DNA of 64,000 nucleotides, from the NCBI GenBank assembly GCA_964403165.1, contig CAYOFL010000001.1, forward strand, positions 6,521-70,520, read 5' to 3'. This DNA is from an uncultured Ignavibacteria bacterium (GTDB taxonomy: Bacteria; Zixibacteria; MSB-5A5; SM1-73). This document shows positions 10,537 through 19,210 of the stretch, piece by piece (position 1 is the stretch's first letter; each line of letters opens with the position of its first letter). Position numbers and translations under genes: made by a program. The notes under the pieces were generated by a model. That model was given only the letters and a program-made list of their open reading frames with translations. It ran no database searches and was not told the DNA's origin.

Positions 10537-11694
10537 ATGAGAGACGTTGCCATCATAGGTGTGGGAATGAACAAGTGGGGGGAGTTGTGGCAGAAATCGT
10601 TAAGGGACATCTTTGTGGAGAGCGCCCTTTTAGCCATCGAGGATGCGGGAGTGGATCATGTCGATTCCATGTATGTAGGTTGCATGACCTCCGGTCTTTT
10701 TGTGGGACAGGAACATCTCTCCTCTCTTTTGGCTGATTACTTAGGAGCTGGTTCTATTCCTTCAGCCCGGGTGGAGTCTGCCTGCGCCTCAGGTGGCTTG
10801 GCTGTAAGAATGGGATTTATAGAGGTGGCTTCTGGTATGTCTGATATAGTTCTGGTAGGAGGAGTGGAAAAGATGACCGACGTGGGCGGAGATGGTGCCA
10901 CTTATGCCCTCTCCACTGCGGCTGATCAGGAATATGAGGTGTATCAAGGGATAACCTTTCCTGGCCTTTATGCCCTGATGGCAAGAAGTCATATGCATAA
11001 ATATGGTACCACCAGAGAACAGTTAGCCCAGGTGGCGGTGAAAAATCACGAAAATGGGTCCAAAAATCCGTTAGCCCAGTTTCCCCAGAAGGTCACGGTG
11101 GACCAGGTGATCAACTCCATCATGGTAGCCGATCCTTTGACCATATTGGATTGTTCTCCTATCACGGATGGTGCCGCATGTGCTATTTTGTGCCCGGTGG
11201 AGATGGCGAAGAAAATCTCTAAAAAGCCTGCAGTGAAAATAATAGGCACAGGTAATGCCACCGACACCATCGCAATCCACAGCCGGCAAGATTTAACTAC
11301 TCTCAATGCTACGGTGAAGGCGGCAGAGGTGGCATACAAGATGGCGAACGTGAGACCGGATGATATAGATCTGGCTGAGGTGCATGATTGCTTTACCATA
11401 GCTGAAATAATCGTAACCGAGGATCTGGGCTTTTTTAAAAAAGGCGAAGGAGGAAAAGCTGCTGAAAGCGGGATGACTGCCATAGGAGGAAAAAAGCCGA
11501 TCAATACCAGCGGCGGTTTGAAATCCAAAGGACATCCGGTGGGAGCAACCGGCGTGGGGCAGGTGGTGGAGATGTTTCATCAACTCAGGGGCGAAGCCGG
11601 TGATAGACAAGTCAAAGACGCAAAGATCGGACTTACCCAAAACATGGGTGGTAGTGGAGGAAGTGCAGTGGTTCACATAATGCAAGCTATGTAA
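10537..11694 (+). CDS. Thiolase (acetyl-CoA acetyltransferase, archaeal-type partner of HMGCS)
   Basis: [16 protein letters not shown]..., active-site [10 protein letters not shown]-terminal GHPVGATG...NMGGSGG. The ATG at 10537 follows RBS aaggag; the track's TTG at 10447 lies in repeat-rich spacer. Confidence 0.8.
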   Translation: MRDVAIIGVGMNKWGELWQKSLRDIFVESALLAIEDAGVDHVDSMYVGCMTSGLFVGQEHLSSLLADYLGAGSIPSARVESACASGGLAVRMGFIEVASGMSDIVLVGGVEKMTDVGGDGATYALSTAADQEYEVYQGITFPGLYALMARSHMHKYGTTREQLAQVAVKNHENGSKNPLAQFPQKVTVDQVINSIMVADPLTILDCSPITDGAACAILCPVEMAKKISKKPAVKIIGTGNATDTIAIHSRQDLTTLNATVKAAEVAYKMANVRPDDIDLAEVHDCFTIAEIIVTEDLGFFKKGEGGKAAESGMTAIGGKKPINTSGGLKSKGHPVGATGVGQVVEMFHQLRGEAGDRQVKDAKIGLTQNMGGSGGSAVVHIMQAM

Positions 11695-11877
11695 AGGGCT
11701 CGCTTAGAACGAAGCTCGTTTAACGGTAACGAAGCTCGTTTCGATGCTCGAAGTTCGGATATAGAAGCTGGAAAATCTCAAAAGATAAAAAAATTCGAGT
11801 CTCGAGTTTCGAAAACAAACTTCGATACGAGCATCGACACCGACAAACGAGAAAATCGATATACGGAGGTTGTCCAA

Positions 11878-12267
11878 ATGTTCCCAGCCAGATACTGGAG
11901 AGAGATACCCCAGAGATACAGATTAGAAGCAAAGAAATGCAAAGGTTGCGGGAAGATATACTTCCCTCCTCGCCTTATTTGCGCCGAATGTAAATCCAGG
12001 GATTTTGAGGATGTAATACTCAAAGATCAGGGGAAATTGTTAAGTTATACTGTGATCCGGGTGGCACCCAGCCAGTTTGTGGATCAGTCCCCTTATCCCA
12101 TGGGAATTGTAGAGCTGGATGATGGAGCTAAACTGTTAGCCCAGATTGCAGATTGTGAGCCGGATCAGCTAAAAATCGGGATGAAGCTGAGGTTGGAGTT
12201 TAGAAAAATTCAGCAGGACGGTGAAGCTGGTATTCTCTGTTACGGATACAAATACGTTCCAGCATAG
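11878..12267 (+). CDS. DUF35 Zn-ribbon/OB-fold protein (scaffold of the thiolase/HMGCS complex)
   Basis: CKGCGKIYFPPRLICAECKS zinc ribbon followed by an OB-fold-like C-terminus. The position after thiolase is conserved. Confidence 0.75.
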   Translation: MFPARYWREIPQRYRLEAKKCKGCGKIYFPPRLICAECKSRDFEDVILKDQGKLLSYTVIRVAPSQFVDQSPYPMGIVELDDGAKLLAQIADCEPDQLKIGMKLRLEFRKIQQDGEAGILCYGYKYVPA

Positions 12268-12284
12268 CTGTATCTTGAACGCTT

Positions 12285-12306
12285 GTAGGGGCTCGATTTA
12301 TCGAGC
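12285..12306. repeat. GTAG-initiated hairpin (GTAGGGGCTCGATttaTCGAGC), related to the GTAGTTGCTCGATT family
   Basis: GCTCGAT-tta-TCGAGC stem directly after GTAGGG. Confidence 0.4.
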
Positions 12307-12361
12307 TCGCTCAATTTTGACTGGAGTGTAAAGCTTTAGGGATTGGAGAAAAAGTGTTTTT

Positions 12362-12450
12362 GGAGTGCGAAAGCTTGTCCGAAGGATCCCCCGCCTATGG
12401 CGGGGGGCTTTCGCGATCTTTAAAACCGCATCAGCAAGCTGATGCACTCC
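12362..12450. repeat. Nested-hairpin element, GGAGTGC family (copy D2)
   Basis: Outer GGAGTGCG...GCACTCC encloses CCCCCGCC-tat-GGCGGGGG and GCATCAGC-aa-GCTGATGC. Confidence 0.6.
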
Positions 12451-12472
12451 TTTAACTATTCCACATACAAAT

Positions 12473-14080
12473 ATGTTTCGAATAGAGAGCAAAACAGATA
12501 CAAAGAGTTCTGAGTTTCAGCAGAATAAAGCTGAAATGCAGAGGCTGGTCGCAGAGTATCAGGAGATATTGAACAAGATAAAATTAGGGGGGGCGGAAAA
12601 GGACCGCAAAAGGCACCACGAGAGGGGAAAGCTTCTGGTGAGGGAAAGACTGGACCTTTTATTTGATAAGAACACGCCCTTTTTAGAACTGTCTCCTCTA
12701 GCCGCTTATGAGATGTATGACAACGGAGCACCTGCCGCAGGCATGGTTACCGGCGTAGGGGTGGTGTATGGGAGAGAAGTTTTAGTGGTGGCAAACGATG
12801 CCACGGTCAAGGGTGGCACCTACTTTCCCATCACCATAAAGAAACATGTGCGGGCTCAAGAGGTAGCCATGGAGAATCGGCTTCCCTGCATCTACTTGGT
12901 CGATTCCGGCGGCATCTTTCTTCCCTATCAATCCGGAACCTTTCCGGATAAGGAACATTTCGGGAAGATATTCTATAATCAGGCTCGCCTCTCTGCTATG
13001 GGCATTGCTCAGATCGCCATTGTGATGGGTTCCTGCACAGCCGGAGGAGCGTATGTTCCCGCCATGAGCGATGAGGCCGTGATTGTAAGAAGACAGGGGA
13101 CCATCTTTATCGGCGGTCCACCTCTGGTCAAGGCGGCAACCGGTGAGGAGGTGACGGACGAGGAGTTGGGAGGTGCGGACGTTCATTGTAGAATCTCTGG
13201 CGTGGCTGATCATTATGCCTTAAATGATCATCATGCCCTGCAAATCGCCAGAAATATAATCCAATCTCTGGACCCGCCTAAAAAGTTTGAACTGGATGTA
13301 GCTGAACCAGAAAACCCTTATTATGATCCGGAGGAGATCTATGGTATAGTCCCCCGGGATTTAAGAAAGCAATATGATATCCGGGAAGTCATCGCCAGAA
13401 TAGTGGACGGAAGCAGATTTCAGGAGTTCAAGGAGCTATATGGACCTACCATCGTGACCGGATTTGCTCGAATCATGGGCTATCCGGTGGGGATTTTGGG
13501 CAACAACGGAGTGCTTTTCTCTGAGAGTTCTCTTAAGGCGGCTCATTTTATCAATCTCTGTACCATGCGAAAGATTCCCTTGATCTTCCTGCAGAATATA
13601 ACTGGTTTCATCGTAGGAAAACAATATGAACATGGTGGGATTGCCAGGGATGGGGCAAAAATGGTGCATGCGGTGGCTAATGCAGACGTTCCCAAGCTAA
13701 CAGTGATCGTGGGCGGCTCCTATGGAGCAGGTAACTACGGCATGTGTGGACGGGCCTATGATCCACGTCTTTTGTGGATGTGGCCCAATGCTAAAATCTG
13801 CGTGATGGGAGGCGAACAGGCCGCTTCCGTCCTTTTGACCGTGAAGATGAGACAGCTCAAAAAACAGGGCAAGACCATGACTAAAGAGGAACAGCAGAAG
13901 TTCATGGAGCCCACAATCAAAAGATATGATGAGGAGGCTAGCCCATACTATAGCGGCGCTCAAATCTGGGATGATGGAATTTTAGATCCTCTGGATACCC
14001 GCACCGCTTTGGCTTTGGGCATCTCCATGGCATTGAATGCTCCTATTCCCGATCAAAGGTTTGGAGTCTTCAGGATGTAA
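12473..14080 (+). CDS. Methylcrotonyl-CoA carboxylase carboxyltransferase (beta) subunit
   Basis: 535 aa. [41 protein letters not shown] and [16 protein letters not shown] are typical of MccB/LiuB. Confidence 0.8.
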   Translation: MFRIESKTDTKSSEFQQNKAEMQRLVAEYQEILNKIKLGGAEKDRKRHHERGKLLVRERLDLLFDKNTPFLELSPLAAYEMYDNGAPAAGMVTGVGVVYGREVLVVANDATVKGGTYFPITIKKHVRAQEVAMENRLPCIYLVDSGGIFLPYQSGTFPDKEHFGKIFYNQARLSAMGIAQIAIVMGSCTAGGAYVPAMSDEAVIVRRQGTIFIGGPPLVKAATGEEVTDEELGGADVHCRISGVADHYALNDHHALQIARNIIQSLDPPKKFELDVAEPENPYYDPEEIYGIVPRDLRKQYDIREVIARIVDGSRFQEFKELYGPTIVTGFARIMGYPVGILGNNGVLFSESSLKAAHFINLCTMRKIPLIFLQNITGFIVGKQYEHGGIARDGAKMVHAVANADVPKLTVIVGGSYGAGNYGMCGRAYDPRLLWMWPNAKICVMGGEQAASVLLTVKMRQLKKQGKTMTKEEQQKFMEPTIKRYDEEASPYYSGAQIWDDGILDPLDTRTALALGISMALNAPIPDQRFGVFRM

Positions 14081-14237
14081 GCTGTTTACTCTCAACATCT
14101 TCCCAAATAGAGCTAAAGTGATTGTTGAAGAAGCTAAACAAAGAACCTTCTTAAAATTTGAAGTGGAGTTTTGAAAGCTGACAGAAGAACAAAGTTTTGA
14201 GACTATCTCCTATTCCTTCAAAGATGGGATTGCTACG

Positions 14238-14972
14238 GTGACACTCAATCGCCTCGAAGTTCACAATGCCTTCAATGAGGTGATGATTGCTGAGCTTACC
14301 GAGATCTTCAAAAAGATTGCTAATGATGAGTCGGTGCGAGTTGTGGTTCTGACCGGAAATGGAAAATCTTTTTCGGCTGGAGCGGATTTGAACTGGATGA
14401 AGAAGATGATAAACTACAGCTATGAGCAGAACCTTGACGATTCGATTAAATTAGCTGAGTTATTTTATTTGATGTATTCTCTGCCCAAGCCGATTATTGC
14501 CAGAGTGAATGGAGCGGCGATAGGTGGAGGAACAGGTCTGGTAGCGGTGTGCGATATTGCCATTGCCTCGGAGAATGCCAAATTCAGCCTAAGTGAGGTT
14601 AAGCTGGGACTGGTGCCGGCATGTATCTCCCCCTACGTCATTCGTAAGGTGGGTGAAGGAAGATGCAGAGAATTCTTTCTTACTGGAGAAAGACTAACGG
14701 CTAAGAGAGCTTTAGAGGCGGGTCTGGTGAATCAGGTGGTTCCACTTGAAGAATTAAATCAGGCAGTGCAAGAGAAAACCAATCAGCTCATATCCAGTGG
14801 TCCAAAAGCTTTGGCAATGTGCAAGGAGCTTTTGAAGAACGTTCCGGGCATGAGTTTTGAAAAAGCGAAGTCCTATACTGCGGACATGATCGCCTCTATG
14901 CGGATAGGAGATGAGGGTCAGGAAGGTATGAACGCTTTTTTAGAGAAAAGAAAACCAAAGTGGACAGGATAG
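14238..14972 (+). CDS. Methylglutaconyl-CoA hydratase (crotonase family); the true start is probably upstream of the GTG at 14238
   Basis: Crotonase motifs FSAGADL and GGG. Crotonase-like sequence (ETISYSFKDGIATV) continues in frame upstream to the TGA at 14172, with no ATG/GTG/TTG there (only CTG at 14178). Confidence 0.7.
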   Translation: MTLNRLEVHNAFNEVMIAELTEIFKKIANDESVRVVVLTGNGKSFSAGADLNWMKKMINYSYEQNLDDSIKLAELFYLMYSLPKPIIARVNGAAIGGGTGLVAVCDIAIASENAKFSLSEVKLGLVPACISPYVIRKVGEGRCREFFLTGERLTAKRALEAGLVNQVVPLEELNQAVQEKTNQLISSGPKALAMCKELLKNVPGMSFEKAKSYTADMIASMRIGDEGQEGMNAFLEKRKPKWTG

Positions 14973-14973
14973 C

Positions 14974-15044
14974 GTAGGGACAGGGCTTGTCCTTCAGGAT
15001 GAATCCCTGTCCGAATTGCGGACAGCCACAAGGGCTGTCCCTAC
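14974..15044. repeat. REP family A doublet (copy A1), left flank of RAYT1
   Basis: GTAGGGACAGGGCTTGTCC...GCGGACAGCCACAAGGGCTGTCCCTAC, two hairpins bounded by GTAG and CTAC. Confidence 0.8.
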
Positions 15045-15055
15045 GACTGATTACC

Positions 15056-15538
15056 ATGTTGATCAAGACTAAACTAATCCAACGAAAAAACCCAAGGCTG
15101 AAAGATTTTGACTATTCTCAGGCATTCGCTTATTTCATAACTATTTGTACGAAAGACAAGCAGAAAATATTCTGCAAAGATGCTTTGAATAGCGAGATTA
15201 TCGATTGTCTGAAAGAAGAGAAGGAGAAAGCCGGAGCCAAAATCTTTGCGTTCTGTTTGATGCCTGATCATTTTCACATGTTGATTTCCCCCGGAGATAG
15301 TGGCGTTAGTATATCCAGATTTATTGGAGGTTTCAAAAGCAAGGCCACAAGAATAGGATGGAAGTACGGAATCGGGGAAAAGATGTGGCAAGGGAGATTT
15401 TATGATCACATCGTGAGGCCAAACGAGCCGATCAAGGACATTTGTGAATACATTTTAAATAATCCAGTAAGGAAGAATTTGGTTAAAGATTGGAAAGACT
15501 ACAAATTCAGTGGATTCTTTGATCCTGTTCCAGCGTAA
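15056..15538 (+). CDS. REP-associated tyrosine transposase (RAYT, IS200/IS605-like HUH Y1 family), copy 1
   Basis: HUH motif DHFHMLI and catalytic Tyr motif EYILNNPVRKNLV. Flanked on both sides by family A REPs. The ATG at 15056 is preferred, because the track's start at 14987 is REP-encoded. Confidence 0.8.
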   Translation: MLIKTKLIQRKNPRLKDFDYSQAFAYFITICTKDKQKIFCKDALNSEIIDCLKEEKEKAGAKIFAFCLMPDHFHMLISPGDSGVSISRFIGGFKSKATRIGWKYGIGEKMWQGRFYDHIVRPNEPIKDICEYILNNPVRKNLVKDWKDYKFSGFFDPVPA

Positions 15539-15545
15539 TTACATC

Positions 15546-15602
15546 GTAGGGACAGGGCTTGTCCCTGTCCTCATTGCGGACAGCCATGAAGGCTGTCCCT
15601 AC
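15546..15602. repeat. REP family A doublet (copy A2), right flank of RAYT1; an extra half-site lies at about 15614-15635
   Basis: GTAGGGACAGGGCTTGTCCCTGTCC...GCGGACAGCCATGAAGGCTGTCCCTAC. Confidence 0.8.
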
Positions 15603-15644
15603 GGTTTTAGATTACCATAAGGGTTGTCCGTACGGTTTTAACTT

Positions 15645-17147
15645 ATGATAAAGAAGATACTCATAGCCAATCGGGGGGAAATCGCCGTTAGAATTATAAA
15701 CGCTTGCAGGGAGATGTCCATCCCCACGGTAGCGGTATTTTCCACCGTGGATAGAAACTCCTTACATGTGCAGATGGCGGATGAGGCTTTTTTAATCGGC
15801 GATCCACCTCCCCTGGAAAGCTATCTGAATATCGATAAAATCATCCAGGTGGCAAAAGAGACTGGTGCCGATGCTATACATCCAGGCTATGGATTTTTAG
15901 CAGAGAATTCAAACTTTTGTGAAAGATGTGAAAAAGAGGGAATCATCTTCATTGGCCCGAACTCCAAGGCTTTGAGACTGGTGGGCGACAAGGTGGAATC
16001 GCGTAAGACCATGACTCAGGCCAAGATTCCGATTATTCCTGGCATGATGAGTAGTGGAAAAGAGGTGAAAGGATTTAAAGAGGCAGCAGAGAAGATCGGG
16101 TATCCTGTGATGATTAAAGCTTCTGCAGGAGGTGGGGGAAAGGGAATGCGGATCATTTACTCTCCTGAGGAATTGGAGAAAGGAATTGAGGCAGGGATGC
16201 GTGAGGCTAAGTCTGCCTTTGGAGATGAATCTGTCTACCTGGAGAAATACATAGAGGAGCCAAGACATGTGGAGTTTCAGGTGCTGGCAGACAATTTCGG
16301 AAACGTGGTTCATCTGTGCGAAAGAGAATGCTCTATTCAGCGAAGACACCAGAAGATCGTGGAGGAGACGCCTTCCTGTGCTCTGGATGATGAGCTTAGA
16401 GCAAAGATGGGGGATGTGGCAAAACAAGTGATAAAAGTCTCCGGCTATAACAATGCCGGGACAGTTGAATTCCTCCTGGATAAAAACAAAAACTTCTATT
16501 TCCTGGAAGTAAATGCCCGACTTCAGGTGGAACACCCCATCACCGAGCTGGTAACTGCTGTGGATCTGGTAAAGCAACAGATAAGAATAGCCTCCGGAGA
16601 AAAACTTTCGCTCACTCAGAAAGATATCAAGCAAAGAGGTCATGCCATCGAATGCAGAATCTATGCAGAGGATCCGGAAAACAATTTCTTTCCCTCCTCT
16701 GGTAAAATCCTTTTTATGAAAGAGCCGTCCGGACCGGGGATCAGACATGATTGCGGCATATATTCAGGTTTTGAGGTCTCAGTCTTTTACGATCCAATTC
16801 TATCCAAGGTGATCACCTGGGGAGAGACCAGAGAAGATGCCCGCAAGCGTATGATCTTAGCTTTGTTCGACTATACCATTTTGGGAATTAAGACCAGCAT
16901 TGAGTTTTTAGCGTCGGTTATGGATCATCCCGAATTTGTCGCCGGAAACACTCAAACAAACTTTATCGATAAAAATATGTCAGACTGGAAAGAGAAGAAA
17001 AAAGAGAAAAGATTTGTCGATGAAGCCTTGATAGCTGCCGCCATCTCTTCTCAGACCAAGACTGCTTCAAAAAAGAGAGTTCAGGGTAAAGAAGAGATGC
17101 CCAGCCCTTGGTTGACTGTAGGGAAGTGGAGCATAGGAGGAGATTAG
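15645..17147 (+). CDS. Biotin carboxylase (ATP-grasp) portion of acyl-CoA carboxylase alpha subunit, lacking BCCP
   Basis: KILIANRGEIAVRI, GGGGKGMR, EVNARLQVEHPITE. Ends ...SPWLTVGKWSIGGD inside what is normally the BT domain of MCC alpha. Confidence 0.85.
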   Translation: MIKKILIANRGEIAVRIINACREMSIPTVAVFSTVDRNSLHVQMADEAFLIGDPPPLESYLNIDKIIQVAKETGADAIHPGYGFLAENSNFCERCEKEGIIFIGPNSKALRLVGDKVESRKTMTQAKIPIIPGMMSSGKEVKGFKEAAEKIGYPVMIKASAGGGGKGMRIIYSPEELEKGIEAGMREAKSAFGDESVYLEKYIEEPRHVEFQVLADNFGNVVHLCERECSIQRRHQKIVEETPSCALDDELRAKMGDVAKQVIKVSGYNNAGTVEFLLDKNKNFYFLEVNARLQVEHPITELVTAVDLVKQQIRIASGEKLSLTQKDIKQRGHAIECRIYAEDPENNFFPSSGKILFMKEPSGPGIRHDCGIYSGFEVSVFYDPILSKVITWGETREDARKRMILALFDYTILGIKTSIEFLASVMDHPEFVAGNTQTNFIDKNMSDWKEKKKEKRFVDEALIAAAISSQTKTASKKRVQGKEEMPSPWLTVGKWSIGGD

Positions 17148-17207
17148 AGCGGAGAGCAGAGAGCAAAGAGCGGAGAGCGGAGAGAACAAGAAAATCTTCG
17201 GAGAAAC

Positions 17208-17555
17208 TTGAAGGACTATAGGAAATTAGAGATTTGGCACAGGGCAATGGATTATGCTGTTGAAATATATAAATTGTCAGCCCGCTTACCTTCCATGGAA
17301 AAATATGGTTTAACCTCTCAAATCCGACGTGCGGTTTGCTCCATACCGTTGAATATTGCAGAAGGGGCTGGTTGTGATTCTCAGAAAGAATTCAGATTAT
17401 TCTTGGAATATGCGCACAGATCCACTCATGAGGTGTTGACTATTTTGGACTTAGTGGAACGGCTTAAACTTTGTGAAATCAAATGTATTCCAGGTTTATT
17501 ACATGAGGGTAAAGAACTCCGTGCGATGATCCATGCTTTTATGAAGAAACTGTAA
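17208..17555 (+). CDS. Four-helix-bundle protein (23S rRNA intervening-sequence protein family)
   Basis: LEIWHRAMDYAVEIYKLSARLP...YGLTSQIRRAVCSIPLNIAEG...EF..FL..A..S..E is the typical family signature. Flanked by AGAGC-word inverted low-complexity repeats. Confidence 0.75.
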   Translation: MKDYRKLEIWHRAMDYAVEIYKLSARLPSMEKYGLTSQIRRAVCSIPLNIAEGAGCDSQKEFRLFLEYAHRSTHEVLTILDLVERLKLCEIKCIPGLLHEGKELRAMIHAFMKKL

Positions 17556-17609
17556 ACTTTTAGCTCTATGCTCTTCACTCTATGCTCTAAGCTCTAAATT
17601 CATTTAGCC

Positions 17610-18122
17610 ATGGAACTAGAATTCAACATAGACGAGAAAATTCGCAGGCTCCAGGTTGAATTCAAGGATGGACAATACCGGATCAATTTGGAAGATAGAA
17701 AATATGTAGTTGACGCCACTTTCATCTCCGATAATTGCCTTTCTCTTTTGGTAAACGACAAGGCATTCACCGTCTATTTTGCCGAGGCTGACGACAAGAA
17801 GTATTTCTCCGTCGGGGGAGAACAGTTCTGTATACAAGAAGCAAAATCAGAAAGCGTTAGAGTATCTGAGGCGGATTCGGCTGCCATTGAGGAAGCTCCC
17901 GTCGCCGCCTCTCCTATGCCCGGAAAAGTAGTTAAGATATTGGTGAGGGAAGGGGATGAGGTGGAGAAGGGTCAGGGACTGGTGATTGTGGAGGCGATGA
18001 AGATGGAGAATGAGATTAAATCGCCGGTCAAGGGAACAGTGGAGAAGGTAAACTTCAAACCCGGCGACCTGGTGAATGCCGCCCAGCCCATTTTAGAAAT
18101 AAAACCGGAAGAAGAAAAGTAA
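17610..18122 (+). CDS. BT-domain remainder plus biotin carboxyl carrier domain of the acyl-CoA carboxylase alpha subunit
   Basis: C-terminal biotinylation motif VEAMKMENEI. The N-terminal ~95 aa are beta-rich, like the MCC/PCC BT domain. Confidence 0.75.
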   Translation: MELEFNIDEKIRRLQVEFKDGQYRINLEDRKYVVDATFISDNCLSLLVNDKAFTVYFAEADDKKYFSVGGEQFCIQEAKSESVRVSEADSAAIEEAPVAASPMPGKVVKILVREGDEVEKGQGLVIVEAMKMENEIKSPVKGTVEKVNFKPGDLVNAAQPILEIKPEEEK

Positions 18123-18234
18123 AGTCTATCTGAACATGGTCACATTAGCCTTCAAATAAAATCTACCATATTCTGAATACCTTCTAAGAGTCCTCCCAAA
18201 AATAAAAGAATTTTCCAGAAAACCGTTTTGAGGT

Positions 18235-18333
18235 GTAGCGGAAGGTCAGTTGACTCAAATGAGCTTCAGCCTTCCATCTATTGTTATGGCAACCTTCCTT
18301 CGGTAAACTCAAGACGAGAAGGGTTTCTGCTAC
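18235..18333. repeat. GTAG...CTAC bounded palindromic element
   Basis: GTGTAGCGGAAGG...CTGCTACAC outer inverted repeat with an inner GGAAGG...CCTTCC stem. Confidence 0.45.
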
Positions 18334-18488
18334 ACTCCTATTTTGGGTCATTCTTAAATAATGTGGAGAATTTCTTATAAGTTATTGATAGAGAGGGAGA
18401 AACAAAAAAGCATCTTTGGAGGAATAGATTTTGTAGTTATCCCCGTGAATCGGGACGGAAATCATTTGCCTACAACGGATGATCACGC

Positions 18489-18590
18489 GTAGGGGCGAAG
18501 CTTGTTGAGCGAAGCGAAATCCCGCTTTTTGCGGGGTCTTCGCCCGAATAACCCCGCCAGAGGCGGGGTGGAGATGAACTCCACCCCTAC
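18489..18590. repeat. GTAGGGG...CCCCTAC nested palindromic element
   Basis: Outer GCGTAGGGG/CCCCTACGC. Inner stems are GGCGAAG...CTTCGCC, CCCGC-ttttt-GCGGG and CCCCGCC-aga-GGCGGGG. Confidence 0.6.
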
Positions 18591-18715
18591 GCGAACACAA
18601 CATGTATTATCCCCCGGGGGACAACAAAGAAGGGCATAGTAAAACACAATTTCCACATTAAATACGAAAGAACCCCTATTTTGAATGACAGGTTCAATAG
18701 TTGACAGGTAGTCGT

Positions 18716-19207
18716 CTACCGTTTAGGCAAAAACTTCTTTTGAAGGAGAGCAGAGAGGGTGGCAAAATTTTTGTGGAAGAAAATTACCATGATTCCCAGA
18801 TAGAGGAAAATAAAATCCTTTATGAGCAGAGTAGCTCCTTCCTTTTTTCCGGCAGGATCGGTAGAGAAACAGCCACAGTTCAAATCTATGCCCCTGAAAA
18901 TATTTATGGAGGTGACGATGATGAAGATTACGAACAAAAAACAAGCCAGGGTTGAGGCGCTCTCGGTGAATATGCCCAAAATCAAAAGGAAGCCAACTAT
19001 GAACTCAACCCAAGGGAGGGTGACGGCAAAGATATTTATCAAGAACTGGGGCAGAATCTTGTAGTTGTAAACTATTCTGGCAAACTGTTCTGGATGAGCG
19101 ATCTTGTCTAAACTGGCGTAGATGAAGGTTACACCCAAAATCAGTCTGAAGAGCAAAACCACTCTTTTGTCTGTAACTACACTGATTAGCACTTTTAGTA
19201 TTTTCAT
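18716..19207 (-). CDS. MauE/DoxX-family membrane protein
   Basis: Four TM helices and a C-terminal NCGCF motif characteristic of the MauE family. Confidence 0.65.
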   Translation of the reverse strand: MKILKVLISVVTDKRVVLLFRLILGVTFIYASLDKIAHPEQFARIVYNYKILPQFLINIFAVTLPWVEFIVGFLLILGIFTESASTLACFLFVIFIIVTSINIFRGIDLNCGCFSTDPAGKKEGATLLIKDFIFLYLGIMVIFFHKNFATLSALLQKKFLPKR

Positions 19208-19210
19208 TTT

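Noticed and set aside
9242-12267. Calling the HMGCS/thiolase/DUF35 trio a mevalonate pathway locus
   Set aside because: The window contains no HMG-CoA reductase, mevalonate kinase or downstream genes. The neighbours are Liu-type enzymes instead, so only the three enzyme identities are asserted and the pathway assignment is left open.
14987-15055. N-terminal extensions of the three RAYT ORFs as given in the track (14987-15055, 32534-32641, 36101-36112)
   Set aside because: The extensions are encoded by the flanking REP hairpins, and two of them use alternative start codons. Internal ATGs give RAYT-sized proteins that begin just outside the REPs.
15909-16748. Long antisense ORFs inside well-supported genes (for example 279 aa at 15909-16748 opposite biotin carboxylase, 230 aa at 52753-53445 opposite the FeS subunit, 160 aa at 11046-11528 opposite thiolase, and 171 aa at 25854-26369)
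   Set aside because: The opposite strand in each case encodes a protein with strong family motifs. The antisense translations are Ser/Arg/His-rich with no motifs, which is typical of shadow ORFs.
18701-19064. Plus-strand ORFs 18701-18955 and 18822-19064
   Set aside because: They overlap the MauE/DoxX gene on the opposite strand, which has clear TM-helix periodicity and the family CGCF motif. The plus-strand translations lack features.
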